From Candidatus Electronema halotolerans (GTDB taxonomy: Bacteria; Desulfobacterota; Desulfobulbia; Desulfobulbales; Desulfobulbaceae), in assembly GCA_942493095.1 (NCBI GenBank), contig OW818675.1:2670001-2702000 (forward strand): a stretch of DNA of 32,000 nt. Direction: 5' to 3'. Shown here one piece after another: positions 1-8,980 of this stretch. Within the stretch, counting starts at the first letter, position 1. The number at the start of each line of letters is the position of its first letter. The position numbers and the translations under genes were made by a program. The notes beneath the pieces are model-generated. The model saw nothing but the letters and a program-made list of their open reading frames with translations. It searched no databases and was not told where the DNA came from.

Positions 1-1170
1 TACAGAGCAATACCTGTCAGAATCAGAGCCAGTCCAGCGCCAGCCTGCGGAGTATGAATAAAGTTGCGGGCCAGCCTGAACATTCTGTTCCTTATGATGG
101 CCTGCCCCCATATTGTGGCCCAACTCATGAATAACGGTGTAAGTCCATCCAGCCTGCTGGACGCGGATAAGGGAAAAGGCGTAATCAGGGAAACCGTCAG
201 GCAGGTAATCGCTCATAAGAGCGTATCCCAGCCCCCCGGTATCCTCCACCAGCGCAAACAAAGTCACCAAGTCGGCACCATAAGTCGTGCGCCACGTATG
301 AACATCATCCATATAACCATCTGAGGTCTCTTGAAGTCGGTCAAGATCAGTGTCTGAACTGCCGCTCTCTGTGTAACTCACCTCAGCAGAATGCACCAAA
401 CGAACATGCAGCATGGTGCTGCTGTTGTCCAGTGCCTGCTGTCCTCTTGACATAGCCTGACTGATGACGCTGTCAATCCCATCGCCATTGCTGTCAGCCC
501 ATGCTTTTGCCGCAGGTGTATAAACAACCATGACATCCACAGTCACTTCTTCATTCGGATCGGGGGTGTCGGCAGATGTCTCTGTTGACAATTTCCCTCT
601 GTTTGCAGGCGGAACGATTGGCGGCAAATCTTCAGGGACTTTGATGCGCTCCTGTGGAATTTCATAAAGCGTATGCTCTCCTGTCTGACGGTTAAAAACA
701 ACCTCGAACTTCCTCTTGTTAGAGGAATTGTCAAAAGTCAAAAGCAACTTGTCGCCGTCAATGGAAATGTAAAAGAAGTCATAGGCACTCCCCTGCACAG
801 GCCCACGCAGCGTAGTGACATGGTTGACATCAGTTTCCACCGCTTGAATTTCCAAAACGGCCTGCTCACCGTCAAACAAATTCATCAAAATCGTGTCGCC
901 GGGCCGCATTGTTCGTGAGGCATCAAAAAAATCAGCATTGATGCTGACCGCAGCAACGTTTGTGGCTATGGCAGCAAATTCAGGTGCAGATGCGTTGGAG
1001 GAAGCAGCATTTACAGAACTTGTGGCATCTTGCAGGGCAAAAGATTGAAACAGATTATGCTGATTTCCAGTTTCTTCAGCAAAGGCGGTCTTGGAAAGGC
1101 CAACACCGCTCAAAAATACCATAAAGAAAGCAAGCAGAATCAACTGAAGCTGAAAACAAATGAATTTCAT
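1..1170 (-). CDS. Secreted zinc metalloprotease, metzincin (M12B/reprolysin-like), C-terminus truncated by window edge
   Basis: Manual minus-strand translation from ATG at 1170 is open to base 1 (390 codons). Starts MKFICFQLQLILLAFFMVFLSGVGLSKTAFAEE (signal peptide) and contains HELGHNMGAGHH (HExxHxxGxxH) at 94-129, plus VDVMVVYTPAA and MLHVRLVHSAEVSYTES. Absent from the ORF track because it has no stop in the window. Confidence 0.88.
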   Translation of the reverse strand, partial: MKFICFQLQLILLAFFMVFLSGVGLSKTAFAEETGNQHNLFQSFALQDATSSVNAASSNASAPEFAAIATNVAAVSINADFFDASRTMRPGDTILMNLFDGEQAVLEIQAVETDVNHVTTLRGPVQGSAYDFFYISIDGDKLLLTFDNSSNKRKFEVVFNRQTGEHTLYEIPQERIKVPEDLPPIVPPANRGKLSTETSADTPDPNEEVTVDVMVVYTPAAKAWADSNGDGIDSVISQAMSRGQQALDNSSTMLHVRLVHSAEVSYTESGSSDTDLDRLQETSDGYMDDVHTWRTTYGADLVTLFALVEDTGGLGYALMSDYLPDGFPDYAFSLIRVQQAGWTYTVIHELGHNMGAGHHKEQNVQAGPQLYSYSAGWRWTGSDSDRYCSV

Positions 1171-1203
1171 TCTAAATACCTCATCTATTTTTTGATTGTG
1201 TTG

Positions 1204-1437
1204 TCAGACTTCCGGCGCAATCCAATGCACATTGCTGCCAGTTAACTGGGAAGGCTCAGGAATTTCCTGCTCCTGCTCAAGGCGGTGCTCCATGACCAGC
1301 GTCAGCACTTCAGCAGCGTTGAACAAGGCTTCGTCCAGAGTTTTCCCTTGCGTCATCGCCTCCTCAAGATCAGGAAAGGCGACAAAGAAGATGCCGTCCT
1401 CCTCCTTTGTGGCTCGTGCCGGATATGCAATTTTCAT
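1204..1437 (-). CDS. HicB-like antitoxin domain protein, short/orphan (77 aa)
   Basis: MKIAYPARATKEEDGIFFVAFPDLEEAMTQGKTLDEALFNAAEVLTLVMEHRL... matches the HicB N-terminal fold pattern. Ends at ...VHWIAPEV, with no C-terminal DNA-binding domain. Internal ATG at 1437 chosen over the annotated 1662 start. Confidence 0.7.
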   Translation of the reverse strand: MKIAYPARATKEEDGIFFVAFPDLEEAMTQGKTLDEALFNAAEVLTLVMEHRLEQEQEIPEPSQLTGSNVHWIAPEV

Positions 1438-1570
1438 TTCAGCTTCACGTCGGCAGAGAGCTGGATCACAATCCCGGATGGAGTGCGAGTCCGTGAGCAG
1501 CATGGCCCTTCGCCCGCCGCAGAGGGCAATCTGACTGCTGCACGATAAGCGTGAAACTGCCTGAACAGGC

Positions 1571-1599
1571 ATCGTAGGCATCGGCGTGTTTTTTGTCAA
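1571..1599 (-). promoter_or_regulatory. Putative sigma70 promoter for the hicB-like/protease pair
   Basis: Minus strand TTGACA (1599-1594), 17-nt spacer, TACGAT (1576-1571). Confidence 0.6.
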
Positions 1600-1647
1600 C
1601 AGGAAAGATGGGAAAACTGAAGCGCACGAGCGGCCTGAACTGGACAG

Positions 1648-1672
1648 CACTTGTGAGCGCAACTCACAAGTG
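1648..1672. repeat. Perfect inverted repeat CACTTGTGAG-cgcaa-CTCACAAGTG
   Basis: 10-bp arms at 1648-1657 and 1663-1672, followed by TGAGT-cag-ACTCA at 1677-1689. Confidence 0.85.
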
Positions 1673-1741
1673 TTTATGAGTCAGACTCACAAGCATGATC
1701 CAGTTTGGCGTGGAAGCACTGCGCGGCAAAGGGGAGTAAAG

Positions 1742-2470
1742 TCAGTTGCGCGGCAATTGGTTGGGATTTGCTTTGTTCATCTCTGATTCCGTGCTGCATT
1801 CTTCCGCTTCCCATTCTGTAACCAAGCGATCAACAGACTGAAATATTTTGGTGACTGCGACTGAGTCAATCAACTCGCTTGCGCCGTGGGCGATCCGGTT
1901 GCGCCTGTCCATGAACTCGTGAAAAAAATCAATATCATCTACTGATATTTCTCCTTGCGAGTACATCTGCTTCAGCAGCCTTGAAGCAGGAAAACGTTCA
2001 ACAGGAATATGTTGAGCAATTGCCCGTTTTCGCAACGCTGCTTCAAAGATGCTCCAGAGGTAAAGCAGGGCAGGTTCAAGGATGCCTTCTGCAATGAGAG
2101 ATTGCGCTTGCCGCAGCTTTGTCGATATCTGCGACCAAGCAGGCAATTCCCTGCTGGTTGTTGGAATATCTAATGAATCAACGTCCTCTAATGTCACCAG
2201 CAAAAAACGCCAGCCAGGATGCTTGGATATCTCCTGAGCAAGCAATTGAAAGCGATCAACAGAAATACGAGATGCGCTTGGCTTCACTTCAATTATCAAT
2301 CCGACATCGCCCTTCGTGGCCACCAAATCTGGTCTGTATTCGCCAAGATCGAAAGGCAGATCATCAACAGATGGTTCCTTGACAACAGTAAATCCTTGTT
2401 GCGTGTAGGATGAAGCCAACGAATCAATTTTTTCATTCTCATTGCTGGCTGTTTTTGCAGAGCTGTTCAT
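1742..2470 (-). CDS. PD-(D/E)XK nuclease-like protein (AHJR-like) with HEPN-like C-terminal region
   Basis: YRPDLVATKGDVGLIIEVK fits PD-(x)n-ExK. C-terminal MDRRNRIAHG fits HEPN R-x4-H. Overlaps the upstream RusA-like gene by ATGA. Confidence 0.65.
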   Translation of the reverse strand: MNSSAKTASNENEKIDSLASSYTQQGFTVVKEPSVDDLPFDLGEYRPDLVATKGDVGLIIEVKPSASRISVDRFQLLAQEISKHPGWRFLLVTLEDVDSLDIPTTSRELPAWSQISTKLRQAQSLIAEGILEPALLYLWSIFEAALRKRAIAQHIPVERFPASRLLKQMYSQGEISVDDIDFFHEFMDRRNRIAHGASELIDSVAVTKIFQSVDRLVTEWEAEECSTESEMNKANPNQLPRN

Positions 2471-2874
2471 AGGTAACTCCCAAGGTCTTGTGCCTCACTG
2501 ACCCTCACATAGACACATTCATTTCCCTCAGCAACGCCTATTTGGAGCAATGGGGGAAGATTTGTCACATCAATTGGATCGGTCAAAAACCTTCGATGGC
2601 TATCGATATCAGACACAATGCTGTCATCCTCATAAACTAACCCCACGAGAGCATCTTGAATCGGCTTAATAATATTGTCTATGTCTGCTGGTGTGCTATT
2701 GCAAAGATAGACTATCGAAAATCGAAGTGAAGGTGAAGACAATGGAGGAGTGCTGCTGCTCCATACCTTTTTTGCTTCTTTAGTCACGAAGCTCTTCCAT
2801 GCTTGAAGATTTTTTCTGTGTCTCGCCTGCTGTGAAACAGGTCGTTTCCGAATCAGGAATTCAAAGGGCTTCAT
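2467..2874 (-). CDS. RusA-like Holliday junction resolvase family protein
   Basis: ADIDNIIKPIQDALVGLVYEDDSIVSDI matches the RusA D-x-DN...DD catalytic pattern. Confidence 0.75.
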   Translation of the reverse strand: MKPFEFLIRKRPVSQQARHRKNLQAWKSFVTKEAKKVWSSSTPPLSSPSLRFSIVYLCNSTPADIDNIIKPIQDALVGLVYEDDSIVSDIDSHRRFLTDPIDVTNLPPLLQIGVAEGNECVYVRVSEAQDLGSYL

Positions 2875-2892
2875 ATACGTTTAAACCAGCAA

Positions 2893-2929
2893 TGCAGGTT
2901 GGAAAAATTGAAGCACTCTCCAACCTGCA
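2893..2929 (-). terminator. Hairpin downstream of lysS, terminator-like
   Basis: TGCAGGTTGGA (2893-2903) / TCCAACCTGCA (2919-2929), 11-bp perfect stem and 15-nt loop. The following U-tract is weak. Confidence 0.45.
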
Positions 2930-2947
2930 CAGCTCCTGGACAACGAA

Positions 2948-4432
2948 TCACTTCGCTTCCGCCTTCAAATGCGGAAAGAGAATCACATCCCTGATCGAAG
3001 GCGAATCAGTCAGCAGCATGACCAGCCGGTCAATGCCAATGCCTTCACCCGCTGCTGAGGGCATTCCATACTCCAAGGCGCGGACATAGTCCTGATCCAG
3101 CTCAGGATGAATCTCCTCATCCTCGCCGCGCTCCGCAATCTGCTTGACGAAACGCTCATGCTGATCAATCGGATCATTCAGCTCAGAGAAGGCATTGGCA
3201 ATCTCCCTGCCTGTGATGAACAGCTCGAAGCGGTCGGTCACGCTGGGGTCATCCTCGTTGCGGCGGGCGAGCGGCGATATCTCCGCAGGGTAGGAGGTGA
3301 TGAAGGTCGGGTTGATCAGCTTCTCCTCCACCAGCAGCTCGAACAGGCCGGTGCGGGCCTTGCCCGGCCCGGAGTCTGGCTGCAAGTCCACCTTGTGCTG
3401 CTTGGCCAGCTCCATCACCGCCACATCATCGGCCACTGTAGCCGCATCCAAGCCTGCAATCTCGGTCAGAGCCTCGGTCATCGTCAGCCGCTGCCAGGGC
3501 GGGGCAAGGCTGATCGGCGTGCCTTGGTACGTGATCTGCATGGTGCCGTTCACCTGCTGACAGATGGAGGAAATCATCTCCTCAGTCAGGTCCATCAGGT
3601 CGTCATAAGTCGCATACGCCTGATAAAACTCCAGCATGGTGAACTCAGGATTGTGCCGCGTCGAAAGCCCCTCATTGCGGAAGTTGCGGTTGATCTCAAA
3701 GACCCGCTCAAAGCCGCCCACCACCAGCCGCTTGAGGTACAGCTCCGGGGCGATGCGCAGATACAGCTCCATGTCCAGCGCGTTGTGGTGGGTGATGAAG
3801 GGCTTGGCCGCCGCGCCGCCCGGAATCGGGTGGAGCATCGGCGTTTCCACCTCCAAGAAGCCGCGCTGGCTCAGAAACTCACGCAGCAGACGGATGATCT
3901 CCATGCGCTTGCGAAAGGTGCTGCGCACCTCCGGGTTGACGATCAGGTCAACGTAACGCTGGCGGTAGCGGGTCTCCACATCAGTCAGGCCGTGGAACTT
4001 CTCCGGCAGCGGGCGCAGGGACTTGCTGATCAGATGCAGCTTGGTTGCCTCAATGGACGGCTCGCCAGTCTTGGTCTTGAACGGCCTGCCCTCCACGCCG
4101 ACAATGTCGCCGGTATCCCATTTCTTAAAGTGACCGAACTGCTCCGCGCCGAGCACGTCCAAGCGAGCGTACACCTGGATGCGGGCCGACTCATCCTGCA
4201 AATGAAAGAAGGCGGCCTTGCCAAACTTGCGCATTGACATGACCCGGCCAGCGACTCGGCAGGACACGTCTTCCGGGGCATGCGCTTCCGGCTCCAAGGC
4301 CTCGGCCTGCGGCAGAATCTCGGCAATATGCTGCGGATGCTTGAAATCGTTGCTGAACAGCTTCACGCCGTCATCGGCGAGGCTCTGCGCCTTTTCCCGG
4401 CGCTGCTTGAGGAGGTTGTTGAGATTGTCCAT
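2948..4432 (-). CDS. lysS: Lysyl-tRNA synthetase, class II
   Basis: Class II LysRS motifs: [97 protein letters not shown]. Confidence 0.98.
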   Translation of the reverse strand: MDNLNNLLKQRREKAQSLADDGVKLFSNDFKHPQHIAEILPQAEALEPEAHAPEDVSCRVAGRVMSMRKFGKAAFFHLQDESARIQVYARLDVLGAEQFGHFKKWDTGDIVGVEGRPFKTKTGEPSIEATKLHLISKSLRPLPEKFHGLTDVETRYRQRYVDLIVNPEVRSTFRKRMEIIRLLREFLSQRGFLEVETPMLHPIPGGAAAKPFITHHNALDMELYLRIAPELYLKRLVVGGFERVFEINRNFRNEGLSTRHNPEFTMLEFYQAYATYDDLMDLTEEMISSICQQVNGTMQITYQGTPISLAPPWQRLTMTEALTEIAGLDAATVADDVAVMELAKQHKVDLQPDSGPGKARTGLFELLVEEKLINPTFITSYPAEISPLARRNEDDPSVTDRFELFITGREIANAFSELNDPIDQHERFVKQIAERGEDEEIHPELDQDYVRALEYGMPSAAGEGIGIDRLVMLLTDSPSIRDVILFPHLKAEAK

Positions 4433-5314
4433 TTAGTGCATTGATTGATTTGAGGCTGCTTTCGGCTGCATCAGCGGCTTGTGCCAGACATTCATGCTTT
4501 CAATGCTGCCGGAGATATTGGTGTTGTTCTTCAGCCTGCCGGCAAACTGATACGCAGCCTTGGCAAAGGTGATGTTCATGCCCGGCGACATGGCCCTGGC
4601 TATGGTGTAGGCGGTCATGATCTGCTCCTGCCGCAGATGCTGCTCCATGCGGCGGAGCAGATGCAGGGCCAGACTGTTGCCTGTCCATTCCGGCAGGGTG
4701 GCGAAATCAGTGATCTCGGCATTGGCGGCCTCGTGGTCTATTTCCGCCGAACCAAGAGCAACCAGCCTGCCCTTGGTCTCAATACCGAAATAGGCGACAT
4801 GGCTGCGCATGGTCTCCAGCAAATATTCCGCCTCATAGATGGGAAATGGGTAGGAGGGAAAGACCTGCCGGTAAATGGCCGCCATTGCCGCTGCATCCGC
4901 CTCGGTGCAGCGGCGCACTGTGAAAGCGGCATCAAGGGCAGGCATTCCATCGCCCTGCTTTGCCTCGGCCAGCCGAAGAAATTCTTCCATTGCCGCAGCA
5001 TCTGTTTCTTTGCTCCGCTCCTTCTGCAAATAACGGCAGAGAAACAAGGCATTTTCCTGGCCGACAAAGAAACCGGGAATGTCGGCCTCTTCTTGGAAAC
5101 CAATCTCAAGAAAGCCAGCCGCAGCCGTCTCAGGCACCTTGGCGAAGATCTTGGAATAATCGTTCTCCCTTGCAAAGGCGACAAGCTGATCTGGGAAATC
5201 AGCCGCCGCTTCCGGGTCCAAGCGCATCAGATAAACCCGATCATTGTACGGCCCGTGCTGAATCAGGCTGCCGCACAGCTCCTCAATCTTATCCTGCGGC
5301 GGCATCCGACTCAT
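4433..5314 (-). CDS. ablB: Beta-lysine N6-acetyltransferase
   Basis: GNAT-type domain ([94 protein letters not shown]) directly downstream of lysine 2,3-aminomutase. Confidence 0.93.
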   Translation of the reverse strand: MSRMPPQDKIEELCGSLIQHGPYNDRVYLMRLDPEAAADFPDQLVAFARENDYSKIFAKVPETAAAGFLEIGFQEEADIPGFFVGQENALFLCRYLQKERSKETDAAAMEEFLRLAEAKQGDGMPALDAAFTVRRCTEADAAAMAAIYRQVFPSYPFPIYEAEYLLETMRSHVAYFGIETKGRLVALGSAEIDHEAANAEITDFATLPEWTGNSLALHLLRRMEQHLRQEQIMTAYTIARAMSPGMNITFAKAAYQFAGRLKNNTNISGSIESMNVWHKPLMQPKAASNQSMH

Positions 5315-6635
5315 CCTCCCGCTTGCTCATCCGCTCGTTGTCCGCAGGCACCAAGGAGATGGTGTCATTATAATCGGCCAGCAGCTTCCTGATCCCGACC
5401 GGCTGGTATTCCGTGGCCTCGTCCAAGGCAAGCTGGAGGTCGCACTGATCGCATTTGCGGTTGCAGAAGACTGGCTCGTAGGAGTCAGGCTCTTTATACG
5501 TGGTGATCACGCCCTCGTAATTGCGCAGCACCACTTTGTTGGTTGACCACGAGATCAGATAGTTAGGCATGACCGGAATCTTGCCGCCACCGCCAGGCGC
5601 ATCAATGACATAGGTCGGCACACTGAAACCGCTTGTATGGCCGATCATGCTCTCGATAATCTCAATGCCCTTGCCCACCGGCGTTCTGAAATGGGACAGC
5701 CCTTCTGAGAGGTCGCACTGGTAGAGATAATAGGGCCTGACCCGGTTAGCGACTAATTTATGCACCAGCGTCCGCATGATTCGAGGACAGTCGTTCACGC
5801 CTGCCAAGAGCACGGTCTGGTTGCCGAGCGGAATGCCTGCGTCGGCCAGTTTAGCCAAAGCGCGCCGGGCTGAGGCTGTCACCTCTCTTGGGTGATTGAA
5901 ATGAGTGTTGATCCAAAGGGGATGATGCTTCTTCAGCATCGCGACCAGCTCATCCGTGATCCGATAGGGCAGGACCACCGGCGTTCTGGTGCCGATGCGG
6001 ACCACCTCAACATGCTTGATCTTGCCCAGTTCGGTGAGGATGTAATCTAAATACTCATCCGAGAGCAGAAAGGGGTCGCCGCCGCTGAGAAGCACATCCC
6101 TAATTCTTGGCGTGCTGCGGATATAGTCCAAGCCCTGCTCAATGACTTCCCGTGACGGGATGCTGTCTCGGTCGCCAACCTTTCGCTTGCGGGTGCAGTG
6201 ACGGCAGTACATGGCGCAGACATTGCTGACCAGAAAAAGCACGCGGTCAGGATAGCGGTGGGTGATGCCCGGCACCGGACTGTCCTGATCCTCATGCAGC
6301 GGGTCAGCCATGTCTGCGTCAGCTATGTCAAGTTCCTTGATCGAAGGAACGGCCTGCATGAACACAGGATCATGTTCAAAATCATCCCGGTTGATCAGCG
6401 ATAAATAATACGGGGTGATGGAGAGAGGAAATTTCTCTATGGTCGTCCGAATCTGCTCTCTGATCTCCTCTTTCAGTTCCAAGTCAAGGAAATTTTCTAT
6501 ATCCTCCAGTGATCTGATCCGGTGCCGCACCTGCCATTTCCAGTCCTGCCACAGCGACTTAGAAACATCCACATCAATCCTTTCTGCTATTTCCTGCTGA
6601 TTTTCCGTATAAATCATTCCAATCCTTTTGTTCAA
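5289..6635 (-). CDS. ablA: Lysine 2,3-aminomutase (radical SAM, PLP)
   Basis: [15 protein letters not shown] radical SAM motif; [12 protein letters not shown]; [15 protein letters not shown]. Confidence 0.97.
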   Translation of the reverse strand: MNKRIGMIYTENQQEIAERIDVDVSKSLWQDWKWQVRHRIRSLEDIENFLDLELKEEIREQIRTTIEKFPLSITPYYLSLINRDDFEHDPVFMQAVPSIKELDIADADMADPLHEDQDSPVPGITHRYPDRVLFLVSNVCAMYCRHCTRKRKVGDRDSIPSREVIEQGLDYIRSTPRIRDVLLSGGDPFLLSDEYLDYILTELGKIKHVEVVRIGTRTPVVLPYRITDELVAMLKKHHPLWINTHFNHPREVTASARRALAKLADAGIPLGNQTVLLAGVNDCPRIMRTLVHKLVANRVRPYYLYQCDLSEGLSHFRTPVGKGIEIIESMIGHTSGFSVPTYVIDAPGGGGKIPVMPNYLISWSTNKVVLRNYEGVITTYKEPDSYEPVFCNRKCDQCDLQLALDEATEYQPVGIRKLLADYNDTISLVPADNERMSKREDESDAAAG

Positions 6636-6702
6636 TGAATGCTTGAGCAGGACTGCTGTTCGCTATTTTAGTCGGAATAAGCAGTCTGCCGCCTATAAAC
6701 CG

Positions 6703-7797
6703 TTAGGTCAGATATTTTGCCCGCAAATTAGCGGACACGGCCTTGGTCATGTCCAGCACCTTCCGGGCGTGTTCCTGCCTGAGCGAGCCAGTGCCGCAGC
6801 TTGGCGTGATCAGCATCTGCCGGAGTAAATCCGCCTGCTCCCGGCCCGGCTTGATAAGTTTTCGTACCTGGTGCTCCCAGAGCAAGGTCAGCGACTCTGC
6901 GCTTTCCTTATCAATATCATAAGGTTTGCCAGTGGGAATACCGCCCCAGGCGAGAATGCCGCCCCGGTCCAAATAGCTGTGGACTTGCTCAGTCAATGCG
7001 GCAAGTTTGTCAAAAAAACTATAGGCATCAAAGCTAAGAATGTCAATTTTTGAGGAAAGCAGGACTTCCCATTCCGTGTTGGCACAGACATGAATTCCGG
7101 CCAGACCGCCTGCCGCGTGGATTGCCTCGGCGACTTCGTTGAGCATTTCCTGAACGGTGGCGTTGCTCACCGAGATGAACGCCGAGGAACCTAATCCGGC
7201 CAAGGCTGGTTCGTCAATAAAAACGATCACCTGCCCGCCGCAGCGTTCAGCAAGGAAGCGGGTCTGCCACGCCGCCTTCATGGCAATGCCTTTGACCACC
7301 ATTTCCCGGACTGTGTCGTCGTAATAACCCGCCCGGCCTTGGCTGTCCTTAATGCCGGTGAGCATGGTGAACGGGCCTGTTACTTGCCCTTTGACGGCAA
7401 CAGGCTGGCGGTTGCTTGCCTCAAGGTTCGCAGCAAACTGATACAGGCCCTCGGCCCGCGCCCGGCTGACTTGGAAGCGGGAGCCGAGCAGCTTGGCCGG
7501 GTCTTCCTGCACGGTCATGTAATCTTCATAAAAAGCCAGCATCTCGGCTTCAAAGTCCGGGCCGCCAGTGTCATAGAAGATGCGGCCTTCCGGCGCGGTC
7601 AGGTTTTCCTCGCAGATGCAGGGAATGCCTTCGGCAAACTGGGGCATCATCTGTTCAAGAGGATTGCCGGGCAGCTGCGGCCAGAGGGGAATCTCCGGCG
7701 TGGCCGTGAAAATCCAGTCAAGGGCCTGCTGGTGGTCGTTGAGCGGCAGAGAGCCGATCAGGACGGGCAGGCCGAAGGGGGTGAAATGATTTGTCAT
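6703..7797 (-). CDS. Cobalamin-independent methionine synthase C-terminal-like (core-MetE/UroD superfamily)
   Basis: 364 aa; LPVLIGSLPLNDHQQALDWI, VKGQVTGPFTM, IDEPALAGLGSSAF, GIHVCANTEWEVLL, GGIPTG, TPSCGTGSL. Confidence 0.8.
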   Translation of the reverse strand: MTNHFTPFGLPVLIGSLPLNDHQQALDWIFTATPEIPLWPQLPGNPLEQMMPQFAEGIPCICEENLTAPEGRIFYDTGGPDFEAEMLAFYEDYMTVQEDPAKLLGSRFQVSRARAEGLYQFAANLEASNRQPVAVKGQVTGPFTMLTGIKDSQGRAGYYDDTVREMVVKGIAMKAAWQTRFLAERCGGQVIVFIDEPALAGLGSSAFISVSNATVQEMLNEVAEAIHAAGGLAGIHVCANTEWEVLLSSKIDILSFDAYSFFDKLAALTEQVHSYLDRGGILAWGGIPTGKPYDIDKESAESLTLLWEHQVRKLIKPGREQADLLRQMLITPSCGTGSLRQEHARKVLDMTKAVSANLRAKYLT

Positions 7798-7868
7798 AAC
7801 AAAACCTTGCCAACTATTTCAAAAAAAGAATCATTCTTGCATCAGACATGATTGCAATGAGCAGATGT

Positions 7869-8288
7869 TTATCGCTGGAAATCGCTAAAGAACGCACCCC
7901 GAAAGAAACGTTTCCCTTTAACAAGCATAAATGCCCATGCAAGTATAGCAACGCCAGTGACCTGACTGTACGGAATGTTTAAATTTGCAAATTGCTCTGG
8001 AAAAAGCCCAGCAAATCCTAATGGCATTATCGCAACACCTATGTATGGACCAATATCTCTTCCGTTGAAGAAAAATATTCCTGCATAAATTATAATTATT
8101 ATTACCAGATAAGCAGAGAGTGAACCAAAAATGAGAACTGTTAGATATGTAAGCAGCAAGCCAAAACCAGTATATTTTTGTATTGAAGGCCCGAATTCGA
8201 CTAAATATGAGCTGATCAAGGCGGAGATAAAAATACTTGCTGACAAATCATCTACTGCTTTTGCGAAAGTTGTGCTTAATGGCTCCAT
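7869..8288 (-). CDS. Small multi-pass membrane protein, function unknown
   Basis: MEPLSTTFAKAV..., several hydrophobic segments (IFISALISSYLV, LLLTYLTVLIFGSLSAYLVIIIIIYAGIFF, VTGVAILAWAFMLV). Start trimmed from 8372 to 8288, 2 nt after the vapC stop. Confidence 0.6.
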   Translation of the reverse strand: MEPLSTTFAKAVDDLSASIFISALISSYLVEFGPSIQKYTGFGLLLTYLTVLIFGSLSAYLVIIIIIYAGIFFFNGRDIGPYIGVAIMPLGFAGLFPEQFANLNIPYSQVTGVAILAWAFMLVKGKRFFRGAFFSDFQR

Positions 8289-8290
8289 AT

Positions 8291-8710
8291 CTATTCCCTG
8301 TTGTCTTGCTTGTTGTCTGATTTCAATATTTGAATATTCGGTGTTATTCCAGCCTGTCGTGCCTGTTTGCAAAAATTGCGGTCAAAAGTATGCAATGCAG
8401 CTTGACTGCAAGCTGCCAAGTGCATCGCATCGGCGAAATCAGCACCCAATGCATACCATGTTATTGCTTGCTCAAATTGCGCTGCATCTTCCAGCATCAC
8501 ATTTTCAATTTCCAGCAATAAGTTGAAAAACGTGAGCAGTTCGTCACGGCTTTTTCGATAACGTGAACGAAGCACCCATTCTGTTTCGAGCAGAACTGTT
8601 TTTGGCAGAAAAACCGTATTGTCAGCGAGTAATACTTCTGCTGAATCAGCCTGCTCTTTATCATCATCAGCAAGGAAACGAACCAATATGCAGGTGTCAA
8701 ACGCTATCAT
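8291..8710 (-). CDS. vapC: PIN-domain toxin, VapC family
   Basis: MIAFDTCILVRFLADDDKEQADSAEVLL...FLPKTVLLETEWVLR...ALGADFADAMHLAACSQA...LHTFDRNF. Conserved acidic PIN residues; start trimmed to ATG at 8710. Confidence 0.88.
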   Translation of the reverse strand: MIAFDTCILVRFLADDDKEQADSAEVLLADNTVFLPKTVLLETEWVLRSRYRKSRDELLTFFNLLLEIENVMLEDAAQFEQAITWYALGADFADAMHLAACSQAALHTFDRNFCKQARQAGITPNIQILKSDNKQDNRE

Positions 8711-8958
8711 TTCTCCTCCGAATAATCCACTGGTGCGCAAAGCTGTTCATTGGATAATGACTGTCCTTTATGTTTAAGAAGACCGCGCAATTCCTCCATC
8801 CGACGTTTTTTTTTCGGCTCGTGCTTGGGATGAATCAGCAGTCCTGATGCAATGATGCTGATATTAAACTCCATTCCGCTTTGCCATCGCAGCATGTCCC
8901 GAATGGCTGCCGGGATATTGAGCTGTCCTGCTTCCGAAAGCTGCACCGTTGTTTTCAT
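8707..8958 (-). CDS. vapB: AbrB/SpoVT-type antitoxin, VapB-like
   Basis: VQLSEAGQLNIPAAIRDMLRWQSGMEFNI swapped-hairpin AbrB motif; overlaps vapC by ATGA. Confidence 0.85.
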   Translation of the reverse strand: MKTTVQLSEAGQLNIPAAIRDMLRWQSGMEFNISIIASGLLIHPKHEPKKKRRMEELRGLLKHKGQSLSNEQLCAPVDYSEEK

Positions 8959-8980
8959 ACTTTCACAGTTAGTTAAGAAA

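Noticed and set aside
3107-4237. 376-aa plus-strand ORF opposite lysS
   Set aside because: Antisense shadow of a strongly supported lysS.
8289-8372. Upstream extension of the membrane protein (MQTGTTGWNNTEYSNIEIRQQARQQGID)
   Set aside because: It overlaps vapC out of frame. The ATG at 8288, right after the vapC stop, is a better start.
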